A DNA stretch of 64,000 nucleotides, taken from positions 227,354,001-227,418,000 of the forward strand of contig OZ024742.1 of NCBI GenBank assembly GCA_964016885.1, given 5' to 3'. A program made the translations under genes and the position numbers. The DNA is from Eledone cirrhosa (taxonomy: Eukaryota). The notes under the pieces are model-generated. The model ran no database searches. It saw nothing but the letters and a program-made list of their open reading frames with translations, and was not told where the DNA came from. Numbering within the stretch: the stretch's first letter is position 1; the number at the start of each line of letters is the position of its first letter. Below are positions 43,409 to 58,445 of this stretch, one piece after another.

Positions 43409-44357
43409 ACACACTCACACTCACACTCACACTCACACACACAGTCTCTAGCACTCCAGAGACCCTGACTCAACATAAATGACTGACAGAGAGAAAATAC
43501 AGGTTTACATGTTGTCGGGTCAATAGCTTTGAAAACGAAAGTGATTTCGCCTGAGCAGGAAGTTTGCTGCTGGTGTTAACCGGGGGAGGAGTGATATAAC
43601 AACAACAACAACACCAACAACAACAACAGCAACAACAATAATAATACTATTAATAATAATAATAATAAATAGATGAATGAAGTTCACTTGGTTGACTGGA
43701 TAGTGTGTGCTGACGTTATAAATTGTTAATGTCTATGGCACCATTTCTCTCTCTCTCTTTCTCTTTCCATGTGTAATATGTGTGTGTGCGCGCGCGCGTG
43801 TATATGTATATTTATATGTATGTTGGTAAGCATATATATATATATATATATATATACCCACATACATACACACACACACACACACGTATATACACACATA
43901 TATATATATATATATATATACACACACCCATACACATACATATAACACATGAATACTTACATACATACATACATACATTCATACATCTAAGCTGATGACA
44001 TCATTCTTATCATAAACTATATACCACATTACATTAAATATGGCGGCTTTTTATATTTGATATATTTTCTTGCGATACTTGTGTCGCCACTCATAATTTT
44101 AACGAAATCTAAATGTACTGTACAATCCTTATCCCGGGGGCTACTATAGGATTTATAAATCTTATTCTTAACAGTAGACTGTGGAAGTAATTATACTCCG
44201 TTGATAGGGCGCCAGTCAAAAATATCTGGCAAGTATTCCCTACACTAGATTAACCCTGGAATTGGTTGCAGATATTTCAAATTCCCATTTCATATCCTTG
44301 AATGGACCTTCGTCGACATCAACGATGAATGTTCTAGTTGTTCGATCAACGGAATTG

Positions 44358-44529
44358 CCGTATTTCTCGGCGTCGAAGACGTTACTTTTTCCTAAAAAAA
44401 TTAGTCTTAAAAAAATCTACCATGCGTCCTGGAGGCCGAAGGTTGTTTATTATTTTTTTTCAAATTTTTGGTTGTCAAAATTAGGGTGCGTCCTCGAGGA
44501 CGAAGCGTCTTCGGCACCGGGAAATGTGG
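44358..44529. mobile_element. Pogo/Tigger-like MITE inserted in a SINE
   Basis: CCGTATTTCTCGGCGTCGAAGACG...CGTCTTCGGCACCGGGAAATGTGG. Confidence 0.6.
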
Positions 44530-44570
44530 TATCATCTTATGAAATTACCGTATAAGTGGTTGAGTATCCC

Positions 44571-44650
<80 letters not shown>

Positions 44651-44877
44651 TTGCCGTAATTCTTAGAGAAATTCAGCGTGACACCGTGTGTGACAAGCTG
44701 TCCTTTTTAATTAAAGTATATCCGACGGGCTTCCAAACAGTTTCTGTCTACCCAATTTCATAGGTTGTTCCGAGACTATGGTAAATGGCTGCGCCATACG
44801 GCTGGATCAAACATGGGTCCCAATAAGTGTGAAGCGAACTTCTAAACTATGTCGCGTCCGCACTTCTTATCTTAAAC

Positions 44878-45315
44878 TGATATATACAGACTAGTGCCCT
44901 CATCTTAGTTAAAGTCACAGTGTTTTAACTATTGTACCCTCTGGCCATCTTCAGAGAAATTATCTTTATTAGTCTCTGATATATACAGACTAGTGTCCTC
45001 ATTTTTGTTGTTAAAGTCACAGTGTTTTAACTATTGTACCCTCTGGCCATCTTCAGAGAAATTATCTGTATTAGAATCTGATATATACAGACAGGCGCTG
45101 AATTGACAGAGTCGTTAGAACGTCGGGGGGATGGGCTTCGCCAGGCTTAAAATGCCCAATAAACGCCGTTTGTCAATACGGTGCCCCTACGACTCTATCA
45201 CGAGTTACTGGACCATACATACATATCTACAGACAGACAGACGAATGTCCTCATCTTGGTTGTTATAGTCACAGTGTTTTAACTGTTGTACCCTCTGGCC
45301 ATCTTCAGGTGTCTG
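44878..45315 (-). repeat. Three ~100-bp copies of a decayed pLTR-like unit with a relic HHR
   Basis: Minus strand: cac-CTGAAGA-tggcc...agtt-AAAAC act-gtg; the GAAA core is mutated. Confidence 0.5.
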
Positions 45316-45738
45316 TTGTATTTGGTAATGTTTACTTTAAAATTTCGATGAAACTTCGAAGTAAACAGATAAAGAGTCCCTATTAATCACGCATTGTGCG
45401 CGCGCATGTCTAGTCATAAACATCTTAAACCCTCTTTATTTTTCATTAAAATAAAATACCAGTAATGTACTGGGTAATTGCTGGCCTTGTGCCTAAAGTA
45501 GAAACAATTAATTTCTATAAAAATCTGTGTTAAAGGTCTTTATAGACTCCCCCCCCCCCTCGTGGTAGATTAAGACGGCATGTTGGCAGAGTTGGTACTT
45601 CAGGTAGAAGGGTTTGCAGTATATATACATTTCCGGATCTCTGCGTTCTGAGTTCATATCCTACCGAGGTCAACTTTATCTTTAATCCTTTCGGGGTCGA
45701 CAAATAAAGTACCCGTACAGTACTGGGGTTTCTCTCTT

Positions 45739-45797
<59 letters not shown>

Positions 45798-45852
45798 CTC
45801 TCTCGCTCTCACACACACACACACTCTCTCTCTCTCTCTCACACACACACTC

Positions 45853-45888
<36 letters not shown>

Positions 45889-46264
45889 TCACACACACAC
45901 ACGCACACTCTCACTCTCTCTCCTTGTAAGTAATCAGCTTTGTACTTTGTTAAGGCCTGGGAAGGGATGAGCTCTACCAGGTTTTAATAAAGCCCAAGAC
46001 ATACCGTGTATCACGCCCCTCCCCCTGTACGACTCTGTCAGGTGTTCTGGGTCCTTGGTACATGGTAATTTTACACACTTCACTTACCTCTTGTTACCAG
46101 CTATTGAGTAAACATTACAGCGACTTGACTTCCTTTAATGGCGGACTGAATGACATGGACGGAGAAGAAACTGGTTCTTAGAACAAACCGTGAGATTTGC
46201 GGCTTCTTTTGTTCTCAGAGATCTTAACGATCCACCCACACCAATGTTTTTTCAAGGTGTTATC

Positions 46265-46660
46265 TTCCGTACACCACCACCACTACCACCACCACCATCA
46301 GCATGATCATCACCACCGCCACTACTACCATCAGCACCACCACCACCACTACCACCACCACCATCAGCATGATCATCACCACCACCACTACCACCATCAA
46401 CACCACCACCACCACCACCACCACCACTACCACCACTACCACCATCAACATCATCACCACCACCACCACCACCACCACTACCACCATCAACATCAACATC
46501 ATCACCACCACCATCAGCATCATCACCACCACCACCACCACCACCACCACCACCACAATCAGCATCACCATCACCACCACCACCACCACCATCAGCATAA
46601 CCCTCACCGCCACCGCCGCCACCGCCAGCACCACCACCACCGCTACTGTCACTACCCATA
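46265..46660. repeat. (CAC/CAT)n tract
   Basis: Direct observation; explains the poly-H/G/T/V ORFs. Confidence 0.95.
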
Positions 46661-46713
46661 CTACGTCGTTACTAGAATGAAAAGACAACATGCAAATAAC
46701 AAATCTGGTTTGT

Positions 46714-46755
<42 letters not shown>

Positions 46756-46941
46756 ATTGTTTCTACTTTAGGCACAAGGCCAGCAAATAACCAGTCAGTG
46801 TATTACTGGTACTTTATTTTATCGACCCCGTAAGGATGAAAGGCCAAGTCAACCTCGGCGGGATTTGAACTCAGATCGTAAAGGGACGTAACTATGCTGG
46901 AAAGCATGGCAAGATCAAAAGATGGTTAAAAGAGTTCCAAG

Positions 46942-47012
46942 TATTTTATTATGCGCATTTCAAAAACAAATATCATCATGGGATGATATCTGCGTTCTCA
47001 TCAGATAAAATA
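46942..47012 (-). ncRNA. Canonical type I hammerhead ribozyme
   Basis: Minus strand: tattttat-CTGATGA-gaacgcagatatcatc ccat gatgatatttgttttt-GAAAT gcgc ATA-ataaaata; 8-bp stem I, long stem II, palindrome ATGCGCAT. Confidence 0.92.
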
Positions 47013-47081
47013 GGGATACATGATATGAAGCTTAAAAAACACTTGTAAATAGTGAAGTTTTAAATCAACATATATATATAA

Positions 47082-47136
<55 letters not shown>

Positions 47137-47137
<1 letters not shown>

Positions 47138-47510
47138 CGCCGCCTGGCATGTTTCCGCTCTGCCTCTCAACCTCATGGTGGCGCCTGGTTAACGCCATAC
47201 CCTCATTATCAGCCGGTACTCAGCTGGACAGCGAATGTCTGTACATCGGTGTTTCCCTAATGCTCAGCTTCCGTTTATGCGAGCAGCACAAATGCCGCTG
47301 TGGGCCCACGGTGAATAGTTTCGGCGTTCATCCATAGTCATGCCTCCACAGTGCCAGTCGCCTCCCAAGTCATGTCACTCTCAAAGAGATCATTAAGCAT
47401 GGCTTGGATGTTGCTGGCTCACCTCCACCGCTTGAACCGGGAGTGTTGGACCGAGGGGACGTTAAAAAGCCAAATGGCATCATCATTTTCCCATTCTGTG
47501 GTGGTAAGGC
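47137..47510 (+). mobile_element. Decayed CRE-clade fragment
   Basis: NAIPSLSAGTQLD..LCEQHKCRCG..GVHP.SC; LEPGVLDRGDVKKPNG. Confidence 0.7.
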
Positions 47511-47640
47511 CACTCCGCCGCCCCATGCTGACCTTACCTATAAGCTAAATAAGTTATAGCTTAGGGCCTCACAACCTCATTTTTTTTAATATCTTTTTTT
47601 ATTCTTTAACACTAAATCTATATATAAATTTCTGCGATTC

Positions 47641-47787
47641 TGTCACAACACGTAAAGAGAGAGGGGTAGTTTGACTACCTGATACTACTCCTCTCTCTTT
47701 ACGCCTTTCGTGCAGGCAGCAGACGTAAAGAGATAGAAGTAGTATGAGGTAGTCAAACTACTCTTCTCTCTTTACGTGTGATGACAA
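47641..47787. repeat. Palindromic MITE-like element
   Basis: CACGTAAAGAGAGA.GGGTAGTTTGACTACCT...AGGTAGTCAAACTAC.CTTCTCTCTTTACGTG. Confidence 0.7.
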
Positions 47788-47789
47788 TC

Positions 47790-47853
<64 letters not shown>

Positions 47854-49311
47854 CGCGCGTGTGTGTGTATTTGTGTGAATGTATGTGTGTCTGTGGGAAT
47901 GTATGTCTAAGTGTGTATTTTTGTGTGGTGTGTCTGTGTTCGCACGTTTATATTTATAAACTCATACATATAAATGTATGTATATGCACATACACACATA
48001 CATACACATATACGCGACAGCGTACGGAAAAAATTCTAGTCATCAAAAATTATATTTAAAATCTATATAGCGTCACTTTCTTCAGGCAATCTGGTGCACT
48101 CGGCGACAGACACAGGATTTATTGCACGACAAGGTGAAGATAGCAAGCTATTGACGTATCAGCCACTTTCCGATATGAACAAGTAGTAGTGGACATTTCT
48201 GGCGTTCTCAGCCCGCGAACCACCTCCTTAATTACAGCTATTTGGGTGGAGTTTGGCCACTCATTGGTGGGATGAGTCCCGCGGGTCGGAATGGCGATTT
48301 CTCCCACACTGCCCGAGAGAATACCATTGGAGTAGCGATGGTTTAGGTTGCGGATATATCATCATCTGTCGACACACACTCACACATCAAATGTGTGTGT
48401 GGGGGGGGGGGGGGGGGTTGTGCGCGTGTGTGTGTGTGTGAGTGTGCGTGTGAGTGTATAGTGATGGCGCGTAGCATAGTGGTTAGGGTGCTGAGGTCGA
48501 TTTCCGACCAGGACGAGGCATTGTGTCCTTGAGCAAGACACTTCATTTCACGTTGCTAGCAAAATTGAGTTGTCTATAATTCACAATGTGCCGCGCTGAA
48601 TCTGCCTGAAAACTACGTTAAGGGTACACATCTCTGTGGAATGCTCAGCCACTTAAACGTTCTGTTAATTGAAGTAACAGGAGCATATATTTATTACGGC
48701 TAAGTTTGAGTTGTGTTACTCTTGAGTTTCGAGTCATCAGACGCGAGTAGTAGATTCAAATTTTGAATAAAATAAATAATTATTTCTACTTTTTGGCACA
48801 AGGCCAGCAATTACCCAGTGCATTACTGGTACTTTATTTTATCGACCCCGTAAGGATGAAAGGCAAAGTTAACCTCGGCGGGATTTGAACTCAGAATGGC
48901 AAGGGCCGTAACTCTATGCGTCAAAGCATGACGTCCGACCCTCTACCGATACTGCCAATAAATAATTGTTTCTACTTTTGGCACAAGGCCAGCAATTACC
49001 CAGTGCATTGCTGGCACTTTATTTTATCGACCCCGTAAGGATGAAAGGCAAAGTCAACCTCGGCGGGATTTGAACTCAGATCGTAAAGGGACGTAACTAT
49101 GCTGGAAAGCATGGCGTCCGACCCTCTACCGATACTGCCAATCCACCGCTGCCAATAAATAATAAACATCTACTATGTATTAGATTAGCCGTCAATACTA
49201 CACACACACATACACACACACACATACTTACATATACATATATACATTATATACATACGATTATTATATATATATATATATTTATAAACACACAAATACT
49301 TGGTAAACACA

Positions 49312-49343
<32 letters not shown>

Positions 49344-49866
49344 GTACTTCCTCGAACTCGAATATAATATTACTTCCGGCTTCATTCATTCGTTTTTTTT
49401 TTATTAAATTCCTTTCTAGCTTATCACAAATTTACTGGAGTCACGTGAATAGAATTTGGGGGGGTCAAGCAGAGGTCTTTTCAGCCCTCCCTATTGAATT
49501 ACCTACATTCTCGCCCACACAGATTGTTGACCAGATAACCTGAACCAGCTAGAGCTTACATACACTCACTCACACACACAGACATATATATATATATATA
49601 GATATGTGTGTTTGTATATAGACGTTACAATTTGGGTCACTAGATCATCTGATACCACCAACACAAGCAGCCGATAGCTGTTAGCTGGCTGGAGTAACTA
49701 GTGTTCGTATAAATCCTCAGGGAATTATGGGAAAGAGTTTTTTTTTACTATTCCAACAATTTTGTTCTATTATAGAAGTTTCTAGCAATCAAATTGTTTT
49801 TGCCTCAAAGCAAAGGTATAATGTATATAGTATGTATGTATTATATATGTGTGTATGTGTATCATT

Positions 49867-49900
<34 letters not shown>

Positions 49901-49959
49901 TCTAAATAGATAGATAGATATAAATTTATTTATATCCATTGAGAGTACATATGTATGTA

Positions 49960-50349
49960 CTCTCGAGTCTTAAATAATAGGGGTTAAATAATAGAGGTTG
50001 GTAAATCGTTAATTTTTTTTTAAGTTGTCTCCGTTGATTTAAATAAAAAACAGAATTAGTCGTGTATTTTATATATTGAAACCTCAACCCATCCTATTTA
50101 TTTTATAACGTATGGGATTTCTAGTAATGTACGTTTTGGGCCATGTATAATGTTTTTTTAATGTATAAACAAAATTAATTGTCGCACGAATACTACCACT
50201 TAAAATAAAATTTCGCCCGAGATAGATTAGTAAAATTTAATAAGCAGGGAGTGGGGGGGGGGGGGGGGGGGCGATAAAAGCGGGTGAGTTGGAAAAGATC
50301 TAAAAAATTAATAAGAAGCAGGCGGAGGCGGTTATTCGAGACTCGAGAG
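49960..50349. mobile_element. MITE with TA target
   Basis: TA|CTCTCGAGTCT...AGACTCGAGAG|TA. Confidence 0.7.
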
Positions 50350-50361
50350 TATGCGCACACC

Positions 50362-50411
<50 letters not shown>

Positions 50412-50793
50412 TTTTATTTAAGTGAATAATTCATATTTAACTGATTATGAATAAGGTTTAGCTATTTAATGATAATTGTTTCTGCTTTTGGCGCAAAGCC
50501 AACAATTTTGGGAAGAGGGAAAGTCGATTAAATCGACCCAGTTCATTACTGGTGCTTTATTTTATCGACCGCGTAAGGATGAAAGGCAATTTGAACGTAA
50601 AGGGTCATAACTCCATGCTGCAAAGTATGGTGTCTGACGCTCTAACAATACTACCAATCTACTTTCACACCCCTTTTCTCACACCCTATCCTTACGAGTC
50701 CTACCATTAATCATTTTGCTCACCATCTGCGAAGTCCACTCTGTTGCAAGTATTCAGGCCAGGTATCAGGTTTAAGGATACCTCTCTCCCCCC

Positions 50794-50856
<63 letters not shown>

Positions 50857-50988
50857 TGAGATTCTACAGGACTAGAACTGTTTCATTCTTGAGAAATCAT
50901 CAGGAATATTAAAACTTTTATACTCTGCTATGTATTGAGTACCTTACTTACTGTGGTTACCTCCGATTCAACCCGGAATAACTTACCT

Positions 50989-51066
<78 letters not shown>

Positions 51067-51129
51067 GTTATTCCGGGTTGAATCGGAGGTAACCACAGTA
51101 AGTAAGGTACTCAATACATAGCAGAGTAT

Positions 51130-51180
<51 letters not shown>

Positions 51181-51280
51181 GTATATATATATATGTATGT
51201 ATATATATATATATGTATGCATATATATATATATATGTATGTATATATATATATGTGTATATATATATATATATCTATCT

Positions 51281-51691
51281 CCGGGAGAAATGACCCCTTA
51301 GCCTTTGTCAAGGCAGAATTCTAGGAGAAGGAAAACTCTGATATAACACCTGCAACCCTGATGGTATCCAATGATGTTGACTTGTTCTTCTTTTTGGTAA
51401 ATATCATCTTGGTTAAGAGAGTGGGACTGGCTTTGTGCAGTGCCTTTGCTCACTATAAAAGCTTCACGGCACAGGCATTGGTTTATATCTGGAGATCTCT
51501 CTGCACTTGTCATCACAGGGTACAATGGGCCCAGCACTATGTGTCAATAATTGTCACAAGTGTAGTGTTTGTACCAGAGTTTTCAAGTCGCTGGCTGGAC
51601 TAAAAAGTCACACTCGTTCAGCGCATCGGTAGGGGTTCTCCTACATGGATATAAAGTAGTGGCCATACTCGAAAACGAGTTGGCAGCCACC
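51281..51691 (+). mobile_element. RTE-derived non-autonomous element, 5'-truncated
   Basis: Near-identical to the reverse complement of 59139-59545; contains CTAGGAGAAGGAAAACTCTGA. Confidence 0.8.
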
Positions 51692-51725
<34 letters not shown>

Positions 51726-53820
51726 CCCCCTTCCATCAGTCTTTGATGACCTGAAAAATGTCCATGAGCACTGCTCCTCCATCCATAGCTGAACAGTAAA
51801 ATACCACAAATACTTTCGGCGATCTGAACTTATATTGACCGCATCTTAATTATCGGACACTGCATGACCGAATGGTTAAGTAGTTCACTCACAACCATTA
51901 AGTCCTGAGTTCAATCCCACTATGTGGTATGCTCGGGTCCATCCATTGCTTGTGAGTAAAATTGAATACGCGGAAACTATTGGAAACCCGTCGGACGGAA
52001 TGTATCTGTAATTCAAAAGGCCAACCTTGTCATACACTGTGTCATGTTGAACCTCTCTGGGAATTATGTTAAAAGTATGCATATCTGTGGAATGCTCAGC
52101 CACTTACACGTTAATTTCACAAGAAGGCAGTTCCGATGATCGCACAACTGGGACACACATCTTTCAAACCGGTGGAGGACCATTCCTGTTTAATTATCCT
52201 ATCTCTCAACTCTACATGAACCACAACACGTATTCTTATCTACATCCCCTCTGGTTAAACACCACACAGTGATAAATATTCATACTTCACTTAACCCTTT
52301 TGACACCTCATGAGTCGTGTCTGAAATACTCGCCGTCATATCTCAAGCGGGGCCCATCCTTCTCCAGTTTTGTACACAGAAGGATACATGGAGAAACCCA
52401 GAAAGAGATATAGATGAAGAAGGAAGGAAACGCAAAGTTGACCTCGGATAGATTTGAACTCAGAATGCACAGAGCTGGAATTAAAACCACAAAAATTCTA
52501 TCCGACGCCCTAACGACTCTGCCAATTCGCCGCCTTGTATTTAAACCTACGGCATTGAAATACCACTCGTTGATATATAGTCATATCAACGACATACTAC
52601 ACGTTATTATACATTCATATCAATGATATATATTCATATTGACGTACTACAAGGTGAAATATTCATATTAATAACGTACTACATAGTGATATACTCACAT
52701 CTACGACACACTACACAGTGATATATTGACGGAGAAACCCTAGCAGCTCCTAGCAGTTTCGGCTTGAATTCGGCAAGCCTTTCAAAGATATAATAGGGTA
52801 TGAAGAGTTGTTCTCGAATTTATATTTTTACCGTCCTCTATACCCTCTCTGTTTCGGAGTCGAAGACAACCTAGACTTTAAAGTTCGTTGGAGGTTGGAG
52901 GGTCTTTGGCTTTAGGTCCCAAGGTGACTAGTGAGCTCAGTCTAGGTCGGAAACCACGCCCATATATGGGGCACATATGAGCAAATGATGCAACGGAATT
53001 GGATGTGGCTGGTGCCTTGCGCACGAAGCATTTCCTCTAAGCCTCAACAATGCATCTAGTTTCTTGTAGTAGTGGGAATGAGTTTAGAGAGTGATGCGTT
53101 CATATCAACGATATACCACACATTGATATATATGCATGCCTTACTTAACACAGAAACTTAAGTCCCTGGACTCCTGGTAGAATCGTAGGGGCGTCATCGT
53201 AACATACAGCGTGTCTCGAGTATTTGAGCCTGGCGAAGCCCATCGCTCCCTAGATTGAATACTGTTTACAGCTGTTGGTAGGAGTTATTTTCTACTTGGA
53301 CACCAGCCCCAAACCATTCGTCTGTGGAAGGAATACCTACTGATGACGCAATTCGGATATAGATACACAGTTGTCAGATTCATTTCATAAAATATAGCAT
53401 AAAATGTTATTATTTTGTTCTTTTACTAGTCTCAGTCATTATACTTCGGCCATGATAGAGTACCGCTTTATTTAGTCAATCGTAAATACACGAGTGTAGG
53501 CGTTAGAACGTCGGATAGAATGCTTTATGGTATTCGTTCCGGCTCTCTACTCTCTGAGTTCAAATCCTACTGAGGTCAACTTTGTGTTTCATCCTTTCGA
53601 GGTTGATAAAATAAAGTACCAGTCTTCCCCTCTCTTTCCCACTTTCTATCTTTCTCTGGAAGAAATCTGCTGTACTCAGGCTTAAATTGCCCAAGAAACG
53701 CCGTATGTCAATACGGCACCCCTACGACTCTATCAGAAGTTACGGGTCCATACCATACCATACCTAATACACCAACTTATTCTATCGATCTCTTTTTTTG
53801 TCGGACCGCTAATAGGCACG

Positions 53821-53884
<64 letters not shown>

Positions 53885-54333
53885 GAGAAAGAAAAAAAAA
53901 CACGTACGTTTCCAGTCAGCCATTTTTAAAATTAATGCAAAAAATAATTATATTCTTTTAAAGAAGGGCCTCAAATTTTATATAAAGCATAGGGCCTCAG
54001 CAAGCGAAAGCCGACCTTACTTAATGTTACTTTTTTCTGTCTGATTTTCTATATTATTAAAGCCAGTATTTTTGCGATCCTTTGGAAGTGAAAATGTGCT
54101 GTTTAACTACGTTGATTTAATATACCCTTTATGCAGTTAGAAGACGTTTCCCTTTGGTAGTATGTAGTAAATAAAAGAATTATTATATATAATATATTTT
54201 TGTTCTCTCTCTTAAGCACAGTTAGTAAGAGTTACCAAAAAGGCGAAGCCTCTACGTAACTTTTATATTTTATGATGTAAAAAATACACAAATATAACTA
54301 CATACATACATATATAAATGCATACATACGTAT

Positions 54334-54434
<101 letters not shown>

Positions 54435-56214
54435 GTATGAGATTTTTCCCCAGTGACTGATGATGTTATTACGTGATAAATAGAAGCCAATCCTGTGAAA
54501 TTGTTATTATTATTATTTTCTCTCTATCAAATCGTTAGAACATATTTTTATAAAGAAAAACTAACATTTATTTCATTATTTCTTGCAATATTATTGAAAA
54601 TAAAAAAATATGAAATCTAAAATAAAAATATAAAAAATCTTATTCCGTCTTCTATTAATTATTCTGAATTTGAATTGGTGCGTGACGTTTGGTGAAATAA
54701 AACGATGCCAAACAGAAAACACAGATGAAAAGAAACATTAACCATGTGTGTATAGAAGGAGAATGGTATGTAGTGATTCAATGAGCGTGTGTTGGACGTC
54801 AGTCAGTTACGACGATGAGTGTTCCAGTTGTTAGACCAACAGCTTCTTCAGGAAATTAATGTGCAACTGGATGAGCATTCCGCTAACACACTCTCCTTTA
54901 ATGTAATTCTCAGGGAGATAATGGTTGGGGCGTTCTGTTCAAGATCGTAGGGTTGTGTGTTCGATTCCTTTCGGCTCGTTGGACCCTTGATCAACCCACT
55001 TTATTTCGCAATGCTCCAGTTCACTCAGCTGGCAAAACGACTGTAGGGTTGTGTGTACGATTCCTTGTGGCTCATTGTGTCTTTGATCAAGACACTTTAT
55101 TTCACAATGCTCCAGTTCACTCAGCTGGCAAAAATACGTTGTACCTGTAGTTCAAAGGTCCAGCTTTGTCACACAACGTATCGCGCTGATTCTCTCAGAA
55201 AACTAGGTTACGGGTACATGTGTGTGGAATACTTAGTCATATACATTATATTACAAGCAGGATTGTACCTGGAATTCAAAGTGCAAGCCTTGTCACATAT
55301 TGTGTCACGCTGAATCTTCCTGAGAACAACGTTAGAGGCACACGTGTTTGTCGAATTCGCAGTCACTTCCAGGCTTATTTCAGGAACAGGCTGTTCTGTT
55401 GTTTGGACAGCTGCAGACCTGTCAACTCTCTCTGTCTGACGGGGAGATCTCCCACCCACTTTAGGGTGGGTGAGAGGTGTCTCCTCTTGTGAAAATGGGT
55501 ATAGCTTTCATTATGTAAAATCTCCCCATTTTGCCCTATTTCTTCCCGTTTTGGGGCACTTTTTTTTTCATGGTACTCCCCGTTAGGGATTTTAGGGGTT
55601 GGCTGGTCTGCAACTGGAATACTCATCGTCGACAGAGCTAACGAAGGTCTAACACATATAGGAATGGTGTGTTGTAGTTAAGTCTTTTATCTACAGTAGG
55701 TAACAGACTTTTTTCTTCAGCTCCGTAACCCTAACACATTCTCCTAGCGGAAGTCAAATTTTTCATTCTTTCCAGCGTAAACATGATGTACATTTTACAT
55801 GCTAAGTACCTTGTCTCTTTATTTCTAGTCGTAATTTTTTGTGTATTTATTTTTATCTATTTTTGTCGATAGACACTCGTAAATGTTCCTGTTTATTCTT
55901 TGTTTTATTATCATCTTACATACCTCTAAGAAACAGAGCGGTTCTCCAATCTGTCTCGCAAACTGCCATCACAAGTACAATACCAAGCAAGGTGGCTGGC
56001 AAAGTAACGATGCAGCTGTCTCTTCGTCTTATATAACTGTATGCATTTTCTGCTGAGTATCGGTAGAGTGTCGGATGCCATGCTTTGTAGCATAGAGTTA
56101 TGGCCCTCTACGTTCTGCGTTCAAATCTCGTCGAGGTTAACTTTGCCTTTCATCCATATGGGTCGATAAAATAAAGCACTGGATAATTGCTGGCCTTGTG
56201 CCAAAAGTAGAAAC

Positions 56215-56313
<99 letters not shown>

Positions 56314-56426
56314 CATATATATATATATATATGTGTGTGTAAAGTATGTAAAAGTAATAACAAAACAAACGGCACTGTACATGAAAGAAATATATTAGTT
56401 TAACGCTTGAAATAGCAAGAAGAGAG

Positions 56427-56462
56427 TCTTAACGTTTCGGACACTTGTCTTTTATCAGAAGA
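56427..56462 (-). ncRNA. Minimal HHR with one core mutation; a more decayed paralog lies at 11388-11423 minus
   Basis: Minus strand: tctt-CTGATAA-aagac aagt gtcc-GAAAC GTT-aaga. Confidence 0.55.
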
Positions 56463-56559
56463 TAAAGTTAGAAATAGAAGATAAATAGAAAGTAAAGAGC
56501 GATGAGAGGAAGGCACGTGGAAAATATAAAGAAAAAAACATACGTGCGTATTCAGTCAG

Positions 56560-56620
<61 letters not shown>

Positions 56621-56846
56621 AGAGTATTGAAGTTTGCTTGAAGCATTACTGTGGAATAATAAGATATATTTTCTTTAGGTCGTTTTGGAAGCCTCAACAA
56701 TGCAGATGGGTAATTCTCCGGGTAACAAGATCCGGTGGTGAAGAGAGAGATGTAAGTGAATGTAAAATGAGATGTATAGTGTGTAGAAGAACGTAGGAAA
56801 GAGCGTAAAAAATAAAAATAATAACACGAGTTACCTTGGGAGAGAT

Positions 56847-58375
56847 TTAATTGTCCCTATATTTCGGATTCACATCCATCAACTGGGGGGTTTTCGGGGG
56901 GGGGGGTATCTGTCGGATAGGATCGATACATGTCCTCTGCTGTTTGTTGATTTGAATATCTGAGGTATTCAGCAGAGCGCGCGCGCGCGCGAAATGGGGT
57001 CGGTCAAGCAGAGGTCGGCGGCCGAAATAGTTCTTTTAATTGTGGGAGTGGGGTGGCGTTAGCTGTCATTCCATTGTATTATCTGCCCGTGCTGGTTTCT
57101 GTATTCGCAGTGTTGAATAGTGCGTGGTGGTGGTAGTATTCTCTGCCTATTTGGTGAATGCTACTGTGTGTGTTTGTGTGTGTGCGTGTGGTGTTGTCTC
57201 GTTTGTTTAAACCAACTCATTTCGTCTGCCTGTTTGGTGAATGCTACTGTGTATGTGTGTGTGCGTGTGTTGTCTCGCTTGTGTATGTGCGTGTGCGTGT
57301 GTTGTTGTCTCGTTTGTTTAAACCAACCACCTCATTTAGCTTCTCTCGGATCGGTTATTTATTTGTGGCTCTAGGCGTTTGATCCAAAGTGCTTCCTTGA
57401 TTCGTAATGTGCCGACGTTACGTTCCGTCGCTAGCACTTTGAAAATGGCCTTCCGTCTTTGTTTCCGCATTTGGTTATGTGTTTCCGGAAAGACGATGCC
57501 TTGGTGTTGATGTGCTCCTTGATCCGGATGTGTAGCGGCCGGATTGTGCTACCTATATAGTAGTGGTTGCACTTGTTACATTCTACCTTATACACGACGT
57601 ATGTGCGTAGGCAATAGTTCGTATGGCGCATCGAGCAGTTTCTGAGGGAGCACGCGTCAGTCGATTTCCCCGGTTTCCTGGAGAGGCACCTTCGAAGGGA
57701 GGAGCTCGAGTGGGCCCATTGTCACAGTGCTAGCGACGGAACGTAACGTCGGCACATTACGAATCAAGGAAGCACTTTGGATCAAACGCATAGGGCCACA
57801 AATAAATAACCGATCCGAGAGAAGCTAAATGAGGTGGTTGGTTTAAACAAACGAGGCAACAACACACGCACACGCACACACACAAGCGAGACAACACACG
57901 CACACACACAGTAGCATTCACCAAACAGGCAGACGAAATGAGTTGGTTTAAACAAACAAGACAACAACACACGCACACACACAAGCGAGACCACAACACA
58001 CGCACACATACACAAGCGAGACAACAACACACGCACACACACAAACACACACAGTAGCATTCACCAAATAGGCAGAGAATACTACCACCACCACCACGCA
58101 CTATTCAACACTGCGAATACAGAAACCAGCACGGGCAGATAATACAATGGAATGACAGCTAACGCCACCCCACTCCCACAATTAAAAGAACTATTTCGGC
58201 CGCCGACCTCTACTTGACCGACCCCATTTCGCGCGCGCGCGCTCTGCTGAATACCTCAGATATTCAAAACAACGAACAGTAGAGGACATGTATCGCTCCT
58301 ATCCGACAGATACTCCCCCCCCCCCCGAAAACCCCCCAGTTGATGGATGTGAATCTGAAATATAGGGACAATTAA
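56847..58375. mobile_element. 5'-truncated PLE with inverted pLTR (arms 56847-57438 and 57726-58375); GIY-YIG fragment on minus
   Basis: VVYKVECNKCNHYYIGSTIRPLHIRIKEH; LRIKEALWIKRLEPQIN; ~600-bp inverted arms. Confidence 0.92.
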
Positions 58376-58445
58376 GTTTTATTGTAGTACAATAAAGCAA
58401 TGCAGATATCGGATAAGAAGCACTCTACAATTTGTAGGACTGGAG

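Noticed and set aside
44240-44355. Coding-looking minus-strand stretch VDRTTRTFIVDVDEGPF
   Set aside because: Largely the 3' end of SINE family B
46197-46790. 197-aa His-rich ORF (and the Gly-rich reverse frame)
   Set aside because: Trinucleotide repeat open in most frames; no unique domain or splice signals seen
50875-50906. Minus-strand CTGATGA..GAAAC as an active ribozyme
   Set aside because: No stem I pairing; kept only as a relic
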